From: Squalus acanthias
Taxonomy: Eukaryota
Length of the DNA: 64,000 bases
Direction of reading: 5' to 3'
Assembly: GCA_030390025.1 (NCBI GenBank)
Contig: JASTWF010000338.1
Coordinates: 248,001 to 312,000 of the forward strand
The translations under genes and the position numbers were made by a program. The notes under the pieces are model-generated. The model was not told the origin of the DNA. It worked only from the letters and a program-made list of their open reading frames with translations, and searched no databases. Positions 1-12,304 of the stretch are shown one piece after another (position 1 is the stretch's first letter; every line of letters starts with the position of its first letter).

Positions 1-697
1 ATGCTGGCGAACACCTCTCCACCGTCGTCCAGCTGGGTGGGACTGCACTTGCCTGGTTCCATTCTTATCTATCTAATAATCGTAGCCAGAGAATCACCTG
101 CAATGGCTTCGCTTCCCACTCCTGCATTGTTACCTCTGGTGTTCCCCAAGGATCTATCCTTGGCCCCCTCCAATATCTCATCTACATGCTGTCCCTCGGT
201 GACATCATCTGAAATCACAGCGTCAGTTTCCACATGTACGCTGATGACACCCAGCTCTACCTCACCACCACTCCTCTCGACCCCTCCACTGTCTGTAAGT
301 TGTCAGTCTGCTTGTCCGAAATCCAATACTGGATGAGCAGAAATTTCCTCGAACTAAATATTGGGAAGACCAAAGCCATTGCCTTCGGCCTCCACCACAA
401 ACTCTGCTCCCTAGCCATCAACTCCATCCAAATCTCTAGCCTCTGTCTAATACTGAACCATACTGTTCGCAACCTTGGTGTCATATTTGACCCTGAAATG
501 AGCTTCTGACTACATATCCACACCATCACTAAGACCAACTATTTCCACCTCCGTAACATTGCCTGACTCACTCCTGCCTCAGCTCATCTCTGCTGAAACC
601 CTCATCCATGCTTTTGTTACCTCTAGAGTTGACTATTCCAATGCACTCCTGGCTGGTCTCCCCCGTTCTACCCTACATAAACTGGAGGGCATCCAAA
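1..697 (+). mobile_element. L2-clade LINE fragment (RT region), decayed; its 3' tail resumes at ~1555-1727 after a CR1 insertion
   Basis: ORF 234-509 reads MYADDTQLYL...WMSRNFLELNIGKT...VRNLGVIFD, typical L2 RT. The 3' end at ~1700-1727 ends in (GTT)n. Confidence 0.85.
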
Positions 698-1552
698 ACA
701 TAAGAACATAAGAAATAGGTGCAGCAGTAGGCCATTTGGCCCTTCGAGCCTGCTCCGCCATTCAATAAGATCATGGCATATCTTCTACCTCATCTTCACT
801 TTCCTGAACTATCCCCATATCCTTTGATTCCCTTAATATTCAAAAATCTATCGATCTCTGTCTTGAATATACTCAACGACTGAGCCTCTACAGCCCTCTG
901 GGGTAGAGAATTCCAAAGATTCACCACCCTTTGAGTGAAGAAATTTCTCCTCATCTCAGTCCTAAATGGCCGACCCCTTATTCTGAGACTGTGACCCCTG
1001 GTTTTAGACTCCCCAGCCAGGGGAAACATCCTCCCTGCATCGACCCTGTCAAACCCTGTAAGAATTTTATATGTTTCAATTAGATCACCTCTCATTCTTC
1101 TAAACTCTAGAGAATATAGGCCTAGTCTACTCAATCTCTCCTCAATCCCCCAACCCAGGAACCGGTCTGGTGAACCTTCGTTGCACTCCCTCTGTGACAA
1201 GTATATCCTTCCTTAGGTAAGGAGACCAAAACTGTACACAATACTCCAGGTGTGGTCTCACCAGGGCCCTATATAATTGCAGTAAGATGTCTTTGCTCTT
1301 GTACTCAAATCCTCTTGTAATAAAGGCCAACATACCATTTGCTCTCCTAAATGATTGCTGTACCTGCATGTTAACTTTCAGTGATTCGTGTATAAGGACA
1401 CCCAGGTCCCTCTGAACACCGACATTTCCCAATCACTCACCATTTAAAAAATACTCTGCTTTTCTATTTTTCCTGCCAAAGTGGATAACTTCACATTTCT
1501 CCACATTATATTCCATTTGCCATGTTCTTGCCCACTCACTTATCCTGTCTAT
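698..1552 (-). mobile_element. CR1-clade LINE, 5'-truncated
   Basis: ORFs read RDLGV...LYRALVRPHLEYCVQFWSP and LEFRRMRGDLIETYKI...RVVNLWNSLP. The tandem 3' tail appears as AACATAAGAACATAAGAA on the plus strand. Confidence 0.92.
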
Positions 1553-2089
1553 ACCCTCCTTTAAAATGCTCCTCAAAACCGATCTGTTTGACCAAGATTT
1601 GAATCAACTGCCCGAATTTCTCCTTCTGTGGCTCGGCATCAAATGTTGTTTTATAACATCCTGTGAAGCACCTTGGGACGTTTCACTGTGTTAAAGGTGC
1701 TACATCAATACAAGTTGTTGTTGTTGCCCCCTGATTGGCCGCTCACTCAACCTGTCTATACTTTCCCACCTAGCTTTGTATCTTCAGCAAACCTGGATAC
1801 CTTGCACTCCATCCCTTCAATTGTTTCTTATAGTCTTTGTTCTTCTGATATAACATCCCCCATCTGCCTATTTATTCCTTTAAACAGTCCCTTTAATTGC
1901 TTGAACATTGTTTATCATGTTCCCACATTCTCTTTATGTCAATTCACCTGGTTTTCACCCCGAATTGCTCTTAGTAAAATCGTGTACCATTTCTCTTAGC
2001 ACTGGATGATGAAATTCTACAATCACACGGTTACATCAATCGGAAAACAAAGGTACTGAAGAAAAATTTAACAGAGGAGGAAAATTTGC

Positions 2090-2405
2090 GTGACATCAAT
2101 ACTTTCAAACACAGTTCCTCCAATTGCCATCAAACTCAGGGGTATTTTAAGATCTCAGTCTCACTGACTACTTTCTCCAACATAGTTTTAACTGCTCGAT
2201 TTGTTCTTTCCACCACTTGCGGGTGTTATGGGATGTGGAAATTCTGTTCTATCCCGAACATTGTGCACATTTCTTTCATGACCCAGCCCACAAAGCATTG
2301 TCCATTATCACCAGCGATCGCCTCCAACTCCCGACTTCAAAAGAACTTGTTCCACAAGAACTTTCGCAGTAGTGAGCGTGGTGGTATCACTCCGAGCTGA
2401 AACTT
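2090..2405 (-). pseudogene. Decayed retroviral/LTR integrase core fragment
   Basis: Manual minus-strand translation gives ...GDNGQCFVGWVMKEMCTMFGIEQNFHIP*HPQVVERTNRAVKTML, matching the D..E region of DDE integrases. Confidence 0.65.
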
Positions 2406-2727
2406 AAAAACCGAATACAGCTTGTCTTTCCATTCAGCAATTCAATGTGGCAAATAGAAGTAAGGGGTTAATTACTTGTTCACTGTGAAAAACCCTTGGG
2501 GGTGGGGAGGAGTCAGCCAGCACAATGGCAGTTTCAGACCTGCTGTTTAATCAATAAAAAATGCATTAAAAGTTCAAATTGTAACTTTGTAAATCTCCAA
2601 AGCTGCTTTAATCCTCTTTAAAAAAAAGTCTTTGTTTGTTTCAACAGTGGAATAAAATAAATTTCATTCAGAATAAATCCACAGCAGCGTCTTGAATTTA
2701 AAATGTCCACTTTTCATTAAAGCACAA

Positions 2728-3267
2728 GGGGGGAATATTGAGTCGCGCCACCTTTGGGGCGCTAACTTCGCCGGGGCGGTCATTTTAGAGCCCCAAAAAA
2801 ATTAGCGCCCCCACAGCTGAAATTGAATGTTAGCGCCCCAAGAGGGAAGCGGGGTGCGACTAGAACAGCCCCACCTCCCTCTTGGGGCGCTGCGAGGGAA
2901 TATCGCGGTGCTACGTGGCGCTGCGGCACGTCGCTCCGCGTTACTACAGGCCCAGCTGGGCCACCAGGGATCGGGAGTGGCGGCAAATGGAGAGCAGCCG
3001 GCACCCCACGGGGGGGTTTCACGGGGGCCGGGGACGGCAACGGGGGCAGGTGCTGACAGGCGGCCAGCAACAAAAATGTCCGCCCACCACCTCTCCTTTA
3101 ACTAGCGCTGCCCTGGCCGCAGGTAGGCCCCCCTGACCCCGTCGGCCATAGCGTCGGTAAGTCAGGGGGGCGCCACCGAAGATCGCGGCCGGGGCGCTGC
3201 GCACGGCGATGACATCATCAGCGGTGGCGCAGCGCTGCGGGGTGCTAACGGTTACAGCGTAACACTC
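2728..3267. mobile_element. GC/CpG-rich Harbinger-like MITE fragment (one end only)
   Basis: Begins GGGGGGAATATTGAGTCGCGCC, similar to the TIR of the adjacent element, and shares its GGCGC-rich subterminal motifs. Confidence 0.5.
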
Positions 3268-3270
3268 CAG

Positions 3271-4170
3271 GGGGGAAAAATTCAGTTTCGCCCCGTTTGG
3301 GGCGCAATTATCGGCCGGGCGCAAAGATTAGCGCCTGCCGCTAATTATCGCCACCGACTGCAAACCTGACTTTTATCGCCCCTGGAGGTGATTGGAGCGC
3401 TAAATCAGGCGCTACACATCTGTCTTAAGGCGCAAATGCCGAGGAGCGAGGCGCTAACTCAGAGCGCTGGCGAAGCTCATATGATGTCAGTCAGCAATGG
3501 AACACAGACACAATGGCCCCGGCCAGTTCTTAAAGGGGAGGGTTGATCTTGCTTTCCATCCACACCCTGCTCATTGCAGCCTTGAATCTCGGCCTGGAGA
3601 GACCTGTACATCAAATCTGCTGGAAAGATCAATGGAGAGAACCAGGGAAAGAGCTCAGAGTGCAACCCCTACAGTCTCTTCTAAATCGATACAAGGAAGG
3701 CAAATCAAAATGACCCTGCAAAGTGCTGCTCAGTACCCAAAACTCCTTCACACAGCGTTGAATCTCTCCAGAAGTCTCTCTCTCTCTCTGTCTCTCTCTC
3801 AGAATGCGTAGTTCAAAAATGTCACCAACAAAAAAAGACAGGAAGCGGTTGCCTTTAAATAGCGCTCCCCCAGTCCCTTCCTGACTGCAAAACGCTCCCC
3901 TCAACCTGTCGTTCCTAGCGGCAGGCGGTAAGGCAGGGGGCGCCACTCAATATCCGCTCCGGGGCGCTACCGGGGCGTTGCTCACTCGACTGACGTCACG
4001 ATCTGCCGGCGCAGGAGATCGTGGCGGTAGTGTTTAGCGCCGCCGCAAAATGTCTAGTTAATTTCGCGAGTGGCGCAAACATCGCCGCGCCCGGGCGCTA
4101 GTTGCTTTGCGCCCCATTAGCGCCCTCTTAAGGCGCTAATGGGAGGCGCAACCAACTGAATTTTTCCCCC
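3271..4170. mobile_element. Non-autonomous PIF/Harbinger element (MITE), 900 bp
   Basis: Perfect 17-bp TIR GGGGGAAAAATTCAGTT/AACTGAATTTTTCCCCC with 3-bp TSD CAG. A close inverted copy lies at 43501-44312 next to Harbinger transposase sequence. Confidence 0.85.
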
Positions 4171-4351
4171 CAGGTACCTCAAACACACTCAATCACTGAA
4201 TAATTATTTGCTCTCATCCACCTTAAAAAAATATATGAATCCCCTGTAAAGGTTCTGAACTCACAGGTCGTAGGCCCAAGGAACATCAACATAGTTTAAA
4301 TAGCGAGATGTCTGTCGTGGCCCTCCACAGAAAACCGGTATTATAATTTGA

Positions 4352-4530
4352 TATAACAACAGAAAACGCTGGAAAAACTCAGCAGTCCAGGCAACATCCG
4401 TGGAGAGAGAAAGAGAGTTAACGTTTCAGGTCGAAACCCTTCGTCGGAACTGAAAGAGCAGGAAATAAACAGATAAAAATGCAAGGGGGAGGCTGGGGGG
4501 AGGAATAAAAGAACAAAAGGGATGGTCTTT
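4352..4530 (-). mobile_element. Penelope pLTR fragment with degenerate hammerhead motif (4416-4451)
   Basis: Near-identical to 9295-9410. The core reads CCGACGA instead of CTGATGA. Confidence 0.7.
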
Positions 4531-4769
4531 AGTGATTATAATTTGATAATTTGGTCAGACACTCAGCCTGTCAACTTAAAAACTCATGTGAGAAAGACCT
4601 TTAGTCAGACTTGTATTGGCTCCTGTTTAAAAGTGTTCTCCTTCTCATCCGTTGCTGGAAGGACGGGGTGTAGTGAATGGAAAGGGGCTCCTGGGGAGTG
4701 TAAATTGTTGTTGCTGTTGTTGAAGTACATGAATGCATTCTGGGAAGTGTATGAATGTGTTCTCGAATC

Positions 4770-5430
4770 ATTGAATCAAGCAGAACAGAAGGAGGCCGTT
4801 TGGCCCATCGAGCCGGTGCTGCCTCTGATCAATCTACCAATTAGGACCACTCTCCGCTCTTTCCCCATAGCCCTGCAAATTGTTCCTTTTTAACTCGCGA
4901 TCCTATTCCCAATTTAAAAGTTACGATTGAATCTGCTCCCACCACCCTTTCAGGCAAAGCATTCCGGATCAGAACAACTCTCAGGGTAAAAATAAATTCT
5001 CCTCATCTCCCCCCTGGCTTTTTTGACAATTATTTTAAATCTGTGTCCTCTGCTAACCGACTCTCCTGCCAGTGGAAACAGTTTCGCCCTATCGACTCGA
5101 TCAAAACCCCTCACAAACACTTTTATTAAATCTCCCCTTAACATTCTCTGCTCTAAGAAGAGCAATCCCAGCTTCTCTGGTCTATCCCGATAACTGAAAC
5201 CCTTCATCGCTGGAACCATTCTAGTTAATGTCCTCTGCACCCTCTCCAAGGCCTTGACCCCTTTCTAAATTCTGGTGCCCAGATTTGTGAGCAATCCTCT
5301 AGCTGAGGTCTAAACATTGATTTATTAAGGTTTAGCATAACATCCTTGCATTTGTACACTAAGCCGCTATTTATAAAACCAAGGATCCCTTCTGCTTTTT
5401 TAACAGCTTTATCAACTTTTTCTTCCATGT
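4770..5430 (-). mobile_element. CR1 LINE 3' fragment inserted in a degenerate ~21-bp minisatellite (4725-4765, 5440-5570)
   Basis: ORF MERVQRTLTRMVP...LEQRMLRGDLIKVF. The flanks repeat GTATATGAATGTGTTCTGGGA-like units. Confidence 0.8.
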
Positions 5431-6067
5431 TCAAAGCTTTATGTATGTGAACACCCTGTATATCTGGAGAGTATCGGAATGTGTTCTGGGAAATACATGG
5501 ATGTGTTTTGGGTCGATGAATGTGTGCTGGATATATAAATGTGTTTTGGGAGTATATGAATGTGTTCTGAGACATTACATCATTGAAGGCCATGGGATTA
5601 AAGGGCCAGTGGCAGCGTGGATACAAAATTGTCTGAGGGACAGAAAGCAGAGAGCAGTGGTGAACGGGTGTTTTCGAGTGATGAGCCCAGGGGTCGCTAT
5701 TCAGACCACTGCTCATTTTGATAGATATCAATGACCTGGAATTGGATATACAGGGCATCATTTCCTACTTTGCAGATGACACGAAACTCCTGTTTAGTGA
5801 GGAGGATAGTAGCAGACTTCAGGAGGACTTAGACAGACTGGTGAAATGGGCCGACACATGGCAAATGGAATTTAACGCAGAGAAGTGTGAAGTGATACAT
5901 TTTGGAAGGAAGAATGAGGAAAGGCAACATAAACAAAATGGTCCAATGTTAAAGGGAGTTCAGGTACAGAGAGACCTGAGGGTTTAGGTACAAAAATCTT
6001 TGTAGCTGGACGAACCAGTTAATCAGATTGTGAAAAAGCAAACGGGATCCTTGGCTTTATAAATCGA

Positions 6068-6849
6068 TGCGGAGATGCCGGTGTTGGACTGGGGTGGACA
6101 AAATTGAGAGGTCGCACAACACCAGGTTATAGTCCAACAGTTTTATTTGAAATCACAAGCTTTCGGAGCTATCGATTGCTCCTTCCTCAGGTGAAGTAAA
6201 TTGGATACAGAATCGCCAGAGCATATATAGATGGAAAACAAAGCATGTGTACTTTACAATTGCAGACCAATAAATTAAATCATCCTGACTATCTGCCGAG
6301 GTGTGATAAAGTTAATTAAGTCAGCCAGGAAGGTACCACATCAAAAGACATAGCAAGATACAACTGAGACAATGAGGTGTAGTCGCAGGGGTTCTAACGT
6401 GTCAAAAGCTGCCGTCTGTATGTAAAACGAAAAGCTTTAAAAAAAATTTAATCACAGATGTGATTCCCAGTAAAAAAGTAAAAATTTTCCCAGTAAAAAA
6501 GTAATTTTTTTTTAAAGCTTTTCGTTTTACATACAGACGGCAGCTTTTGACACGTTAGAACCCCTGCGACTACACCTCATTGTCTCAGTTGTATCTTGCT
6601 ATGTCTTTTGATGTGGTACCTTCCTGGCTGACTTAATTAACTTTATCACACCTCGGCAGATAGTCAGGATGATTTAATTTATTGGTCTGCAATTGTAAAG
6701 TACACATGCTTTGTTTTCCATCTATATATGCTCTGGCGATTCTGTATCCAATTTACTTCACCTGAGGAAGGAGCAATCGATAGCTCCGAAAGCTTGTGAT
6801 TTCAAATAAAACTGTTGGACTATAACCTGGTGTTGTGCGACCTCTCAAT
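6068..6849. mobile_element. Penelope-type inverted pseudo-LTR insertion forming a ~350-bp-arm palindrome
   Basis: Arms 6100-6448 and 6503-6852 are reverse complements. There is an unpaired 32-bp tail at 6068-6099, a TSD TTTATAAATCGA (6056-6067/6850-6861) and a hammerhead motif in each arm. Confidence 0.8.
6758..6799 (+). ncRNA. Minimal type I hammerhead ribozyme (Penelope-associated); mirror copy at 6153-6194 (-)
   Basis: TCAC-CTGAGGA-A-GGAGC(AATCGATA)GCTCC-GAAA-GCTT-GTGA gives stem I TCAC/GTGA, a CUGANGA core, a 5-bp stem II, GAAA and a palindromic AAGCTT stem III. Confidence 0.75.
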
Positions 6850-7560
6850 TTTATAAATCGAGGCAGAGTAAAAAAGCAAGGAAGTTATGTTAAAGTATTT
6901 ACCAGGGAGACTAACAAGATGAACAAGACATTAGAAGAAGAGGTCAAAAAAGGTAAAGACATTTAAGATAGAAAGAGGGGAGATAATTGATGAACGAATC
7001 AAACTTAGGGAGGATAAAACCCCTGGTATGGAGGGATTGCATCCGCAAATACTAAAAGAAACAAGGGGAGAGATTGCAGAGGCACCATTATATATTGATA
7101 AAAATTCACACATATACACACAGATAAAAGAGAATAGTGCCAGAGGACTGGCGGACAGCTAATGTGATTCCTGTATTAAACAGGGAGATAGAACAAGACC
7201 ACGGAACTGAAGACCAGTTAGCTTAACGTCGGTGGGAGGAAAGTTAATGAATCTTTACTGATTGGGCAGGGCCTCCCCCAGTGGGTAATGGGGTTCCAGC
7301 GTGCTGGTAATAATCGTCCGGTGGATCCTGTGGTCATTAATGGAGGCCAGCGACAGACAATGCTTGTGGACACTGGTTGAACTATTACGATTATACACAC
7401 CCCATGCCCTGAGCGCCACCCTCTGGCCACAGTGAAGCTTATTTCTTTAATCCACTGGCAGAATGAAGGACAGCTGCCAGCTTCTAGGAGGAAAAAAAAG
7501 GTGGGGGGGGACAAATAAAAGGGTGGATAAAATAAAATATAAATGTGATTGGAGCTGAGG

Positions 7561-9095
7561 TTATGATCTAAAATTGTTGAACTCGATATTGAGTCCAGAG
7601 GGCTGTAGCGTGCCTAAACGAAAGATGAGGTGCTGTTCCTCGAGCTTACGCTGAGCTTCCGTGGAACAGTGTAATAGGCCGAGGACGGTGAGGTCAGAGT
7701 GGGAGTGAAGCGGTGAATTAAAGTGACAGGCCACCGGGAGCTCGGGGTCCCCCTTACGGACTGAACGGAGGTGTTCCGCAAAGCGGTCACCCAATCTGCG
7801 TTTGGTCTCCCCAATGTAGAGGAGTCCACATCGTGAGCAGCGAATACAGTATACTAAATTGCAGGAAGTACAAGTAAATCGCTGTTTCACCTGGAAGGGG
7901 TGTTTGGGGCCCTGGACAGTGGGAAGAGGGGAGGTATAAGGGCATGTGTTGCATCTCCTGCGCGTGCACGGGAAGGTGCCGGGCGAAGGGGAAGGGGTGC
8001 TGGGGGTGGTAGAGGAGTGGACTAGGGTGTCGCGGAGGGAGCGGTCCCTACGGAATGCTGAAAGGGGAGGTGAGGGGAAGATGTGTTTAGTGGTAGGATC
8101 ACGCTGGAGGTGGCGGAAATGGCGGAGGATGATCCGTTGAATGTGGAGGCTGGTGGGGTGAAAGGTGAGGACAAGGGGAACCCTATCGTGGTTCCGGGAG
8201 GGAGGGGCAGGGGTGAGGGCAGATGTGCGGGAGATAGAACGGACACGGTCGAGGGCCGTGTCGACCACGGTAGAGGGGAATCCTCGGTTGAGGAAAAAGG
8301 AAGACATGTCGGAAGCACTGGTATGGAAGGTGGCATCATCAGAGCAGATGCGGCGGAGACGGAGAAACTGGGAGAATGGAATAGAGTCCTTACAGGAGGC
8401 GGGGTGGGAGGAAGTGTAGTCCAGGTAGCTGTGGGAGTCGGTGGGCTTGTAGTGAATGTTAGTCAATAACCTATCCCCAGAGATGGAGATGGAGAAGTCG
8501 AGGAAGGGAAGGGAAGAGTCGGAGATGGACCATGTGAAGGTGAGGGAAGGGTGGAAATTGGAAGCATAGTGAATGAAATGTTCTAGTTCAGGGCGAGAGC
8601 AGGAGACGGCACCGATACAGTCATCAATGTACCGGAAAAAGAGGTGAGGGAGGGGACCCGAGTAGGACTGGAACAAAGAGTGTTCCACATATCCCACGAA
8701 AAGGCAGGCATAGCTAGGACCCATGCGGGTACCCATAGCAACACCTTTAATTTGGAGGAAATGGGTAGAGTCAAAGGAGAAGTTGTTCAATGTGAGAACA
8801 AGTTCAGCCAGGCGGAGGAGGGTGGTGGTGGATGGGGACTGGTTGGGCCTCTGTTCAAGGAAGAAGCGGAGCGCCCTCAGGCCATCCTGGTGGGGAATGG
8901 AGGTGTAGAGGGATTGTACGTCCATAGTGAAGAGGAGACGGTTGGGGCCGGGAAACTGGAAACTGTTAAAATGGCGGAGGGCATCGGAAGAGTCGCGGAT
9001 GTAGGTGGGAAGAGACTGGACAAGGGGAGAAAAAATAGAGTCGAGATAGGAAGAGATAAGTTCCGTGGGGCAAGAACAGGCTGAAACGATGGGTA
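7561..9095 (-). CDS. Penelope RT + GIY-YIG endonuclease; ORF open but N-terminal part deleted (probable native start near 9223 in another frame)
   Basis: Motifs PIVS, MDVQSLYTSI, GVAMG, RYIDD and NLVYCIRCSRCGLLYIGETKRRLGDRFAEH...GLN. The expected PKIHK...GR before PIVS is missing. Confidence 0.9.
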
Positions 9096-9358
9096 AACCG
9101 AGTCTTGGCAGATACCTGATCAAACACGAGAAGGGAAACTGAAATCAATGAAGATGAACAAGGTTGAAGAGCCAAACGGAAATCCCGTCGAAGAGAAGAG
9201 CAGAACTTCTTCAAGGTAGGCATTCCAAGAAGAGAGGTGGCAGTGAACCAAACACTAATACGATAGCAAAATACTGCGGATGCTGGAAATCCGAAATAAC
9301 AACAGAAAACGCTGGAAAAACTCAGCAGGCCAGGCAGCATCCGTGGAGAGAGAAAGAG

Positions 9359-9395
9359 AGTTAACGTTTCAGGTCGATGACCTTTCATCAGAACT
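9359..9395 (-). ncRNA. Minimal hammerhead ribozyme in Penelope pLTR
   Basis: Minus strand reads AGTT-CTGATGA-A-AGGTC(ATC)GACCT-GAAA-CGTT-AACT. Confidence 0.8.
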
Positions 9396-11377
9396 GGGAA
9401 GAGCCGGAAATCAAATAGATTTAAGGCCAGGGTAAAGCTGGGAAAAGGGGGAGGGGATAAAGGAACAAAGGGGGAGATGGAGAGACATTAAGAGATATGC
9501 AAGGTAAAGCTTATTTCTTTAACTGCCTTTGAATGATCGATGCAAAAGACAACTGAGATAAAGGAGGGAGGGTTTAAATTTGGGCTGGTGGAAGTTCGAG
9601 GCCGGTTGTGATGAACTTAATGAGCGAGGAAGGTATTTTGGGGTCAGTTTTCATCGATAAATTTGGTGTAATTGTGGATTATGCGAATGATCTGTTGTGT
9701 TTGTGAAAGGACACTATCACGGCAGAGTGGTATCGGACACGCATGCTGTTTCTGTGATTGAGGATCCCGAGACATACGAGTAGTTACACACAGACCCGGA
9801 CACACAAGCTCTGTTAACACAGTATCGGGCCGCGCTCGCTACTCACAAGCACGATGGCGGGCGCTGATAGAGGAGGAGGTGGTGAACGGGCCGGCCCATG
9901 TTAAAGTAAAACAGTTCCCCATTCCAGCTGAGAGTCCGTTAGCGCTACAAACCACCATAGACACATTGCTGCAGCAGGGCGTTATACGGCCGGACACTTT
10001 TACAACTAATTCACCAATTTGGCCAGTTAAGAAACTAGATGGATGTTGTCAACTCTCGGTCGATTACCGAACCTGAAGCATGGTAACGCCGGCACGTGCC
10101 CACATAGAGCGAGAGACGCCCACATTACTGCCCCAAATACCAAGGAAAACCAGGTAGCTCTTCAACCTGGACATTGTAAATGGTATTTGGAGCATTCCCA
10201 TCTGGCAGAAAGTGCAGAGCACTGATCAGCACAAGGTGGACATTATTCAAAGACTTCCCCTACCAGTTTCAAAGACAGCCCTGAGGTCACTCCTCGGATT
10301 AGTGGGGTACCAGCGATCCTTTATTCCCCACTTCGCAGAGGGAGCAAAACCATTGTAGGAATTTTTGAACTTACCGAGTGACGAGATAAAGGCACACAGT
10401 TTGCTGCCGTGTTTGTGCCAGCTCATTTTACTTTTGTCGCTAAGAGACAGAAGGACATTTTGTCAGTGCTTGTTTGATGATCACGTTTGATTTTGTGTCT
10501 TGTGGAAATATTTGAGTTGTGTTTTACTGAAGGTTAAGAAATACCTGCTTTAAGAAAGTTTATTAAAATTTACCTCATGTGCCAAAAAGATCTTTAATCT
10601 TACATTCCTGTTGTCCATTAAAAAAGAGGCTTGATACAGTCCCATCATTAAATAATCTTCACAATGATTCCCATAATCAGTGATGTGTATCCGGAAATTG
10701 AAGTCTGATAGCTTCATACATTGACTTCTCGGGGATTTATGTTCAGTTTACATGGTGTTTTTAAAGTGTCAGTCAGGGGAAGAGATGTCAGTGCTGGGGG
10801 CTGGAATGTTCTCCACATTTCAGATGCCCCCCAGTCAGCATCAAGTACTCCTGGACCGAGTGTAGCACAGACAGCTGCAGAGTAAAGTCCCATATGGAAC
10901 CTCAGCCCAAAGCTCACAAGAGCAATCACTCCTCCACCAGTTGGACACTTCCATTTCCCACACCACTTGATCTTTTCCCCACTCGGAGTCAGATTACCAA
11001 TGAGCGGACAGTTACAGCCATCCTTTGAGATGAAAGGATCATTTCCTGTCCACTTTACCACCCGTCCCACAGCTGATCTCACTCGTCTCAGGCAAGTCAA
11101 AGCTTCAACACTGTTCCCCAGTGGTTGATGCTCAGAAATATTGGGGTGGAAATTATTTATGGCCCGTTTTTGCGCCATAACCAGCGGTGCACCGACAGCG
11201 CATGTCCGAAGCCTGAGGCCGGCCTGAAATTGGTCCTCGAGCCTCATTCACATTTTATTCATGAGCTGCCATCGTCTGTTTGGACTCCACAGGCAGCTTG
11301 CACATTTTACAAAGAGGAATATCGGGAACCTTACCTCACCGGCAGGGACCCAAAGCTAAATCCTGGAAGTGGGGTTG

Positions 11378-12304
11378 TGTAAGGGGTTTTTGTCTCGGGC
11401 TTATTTGTAGGTCAGCCAGTTATGTTTTCCTGCACTGTCCTGCCCGCTATGCGGTTGCGAATCGCTATCCCCTTTATTAGTTCTGAGCCCAGGACTTATC
11501 GAGCGGTGATAAGGACAAACGAACAGACCCGTGGATTGGTGCGAGGAAAACCAATGTTTATTTACAGAAGTAAAACTACAGAGAAACAGTATCATATGAA
11601 AACGGTTTTACACTTAGCATGGGAAGAGAACGGACACATCGAGGGAAAATCCTAAAATTACAGTTTTAGCAATATCCCCATTAATCCCCACCCTTATGCC
11701 TAACTAAAATTGTCTTGCGACAGCCAGAAGAAAGATAATGCTCACCGGTGAAATGGATGGAAAAACCTGGCCCTGTGCTCTGTTTCTGCCGTCGACACGT
11801 GGCGTTTCTGGTAGTCTTCTTTCTGGGCTGCTGGCAGACAGAGCGAACTGGGTCCAGGCAGAGAGAGCGAAAAATGGCTGGGTCTTCCCATTTATACCCC
11901 TCCTGGACGCCCTAATCTTCCCACCGATCAGCACATTTCTATTGTCTGATCTGGGCATGATGAATTTTAACAAAAGGTACTGGTCTCGGCCCATCATGCT
12001 AGATGGCCGGTAATGGTGTGATACCAGTTCTTCAACTACCACCCTATTGTTCGACAGGTTGGATGATTGTCCAGAACAGTTCTGTTGATGGGCCCAGCGC
12101 CGTCTCAATGTCCCCGCCGATTACTTGAGCAAACACCTTGAAAGCCTTATGCATAGACCTGATTGTATTGCATAAGGAAAGGTCCTGTCCTGTTGCAGAC
12201 ATCGGAATACACAAGCTGACACGAGGTCCGACCGCGGCCATTTTATGCCCTGGATTTTAAAACTCAGTCTGACCAGGGTTTCTTTATTAATAAGTCCAAC
12301 AACA
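11378..12304 (-). mobile_element. Probable solo LTR
   Basis: TGT...ACA termini. On the minus strand TATAAA (~11890) lies upstream of AATAAA-type signals (~11560, ~11475). No TSD found. Confidence 0.45.

Larger units (their letters stand above)
5570..7255 (+). mobile_element. CR1 LINE fragments (RT), interrupted by the Penelope inverted insertion
   Basis: ORF IDINDL...FADDTKL...WQMEFNAEKCEVIHFG. CR1 sequence resumes after 6861. Confidence 0.8.
7451..9506 (-). mobile_element. Penelope-like retroelement with internal deletion
   Basis: 16-bp TSD AAGCTTATTTCTTTAA (7435-7450/9507-9522), RT plus GIY-YIG ORF, and a 5' pLTR with a hammerhead. Confidence 0.92.
7259..10390 (+). pseudogene. Decayed retrovirus-like pro-pol relic (loki-like), split by the Penelope insertion at 7451-9506
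   Basis: Motifs MLVDTG*TITII (7360), EGILGSVFIDKFGVIVDY, ALATHKHDGGR, QQGVIRP..TNSPIWPVKK...VDYR and LRSLLGLVGYQRSFIPHFAEGAKPL. They parallel the element at 26241-32888. Confidence 0.75.

Noticed and set aside
2728..4170. CpG island or promoter with GC-rich ORFs
   Set aside because: Explained by Harbinger-type MITEs with TIR and TSD, repeated at 42564-44312.
10714..11247. 177-aa minus-strand ORF
   Set aside because: No recognisable domain or splice structure, and it starts inside a MITE remnant.
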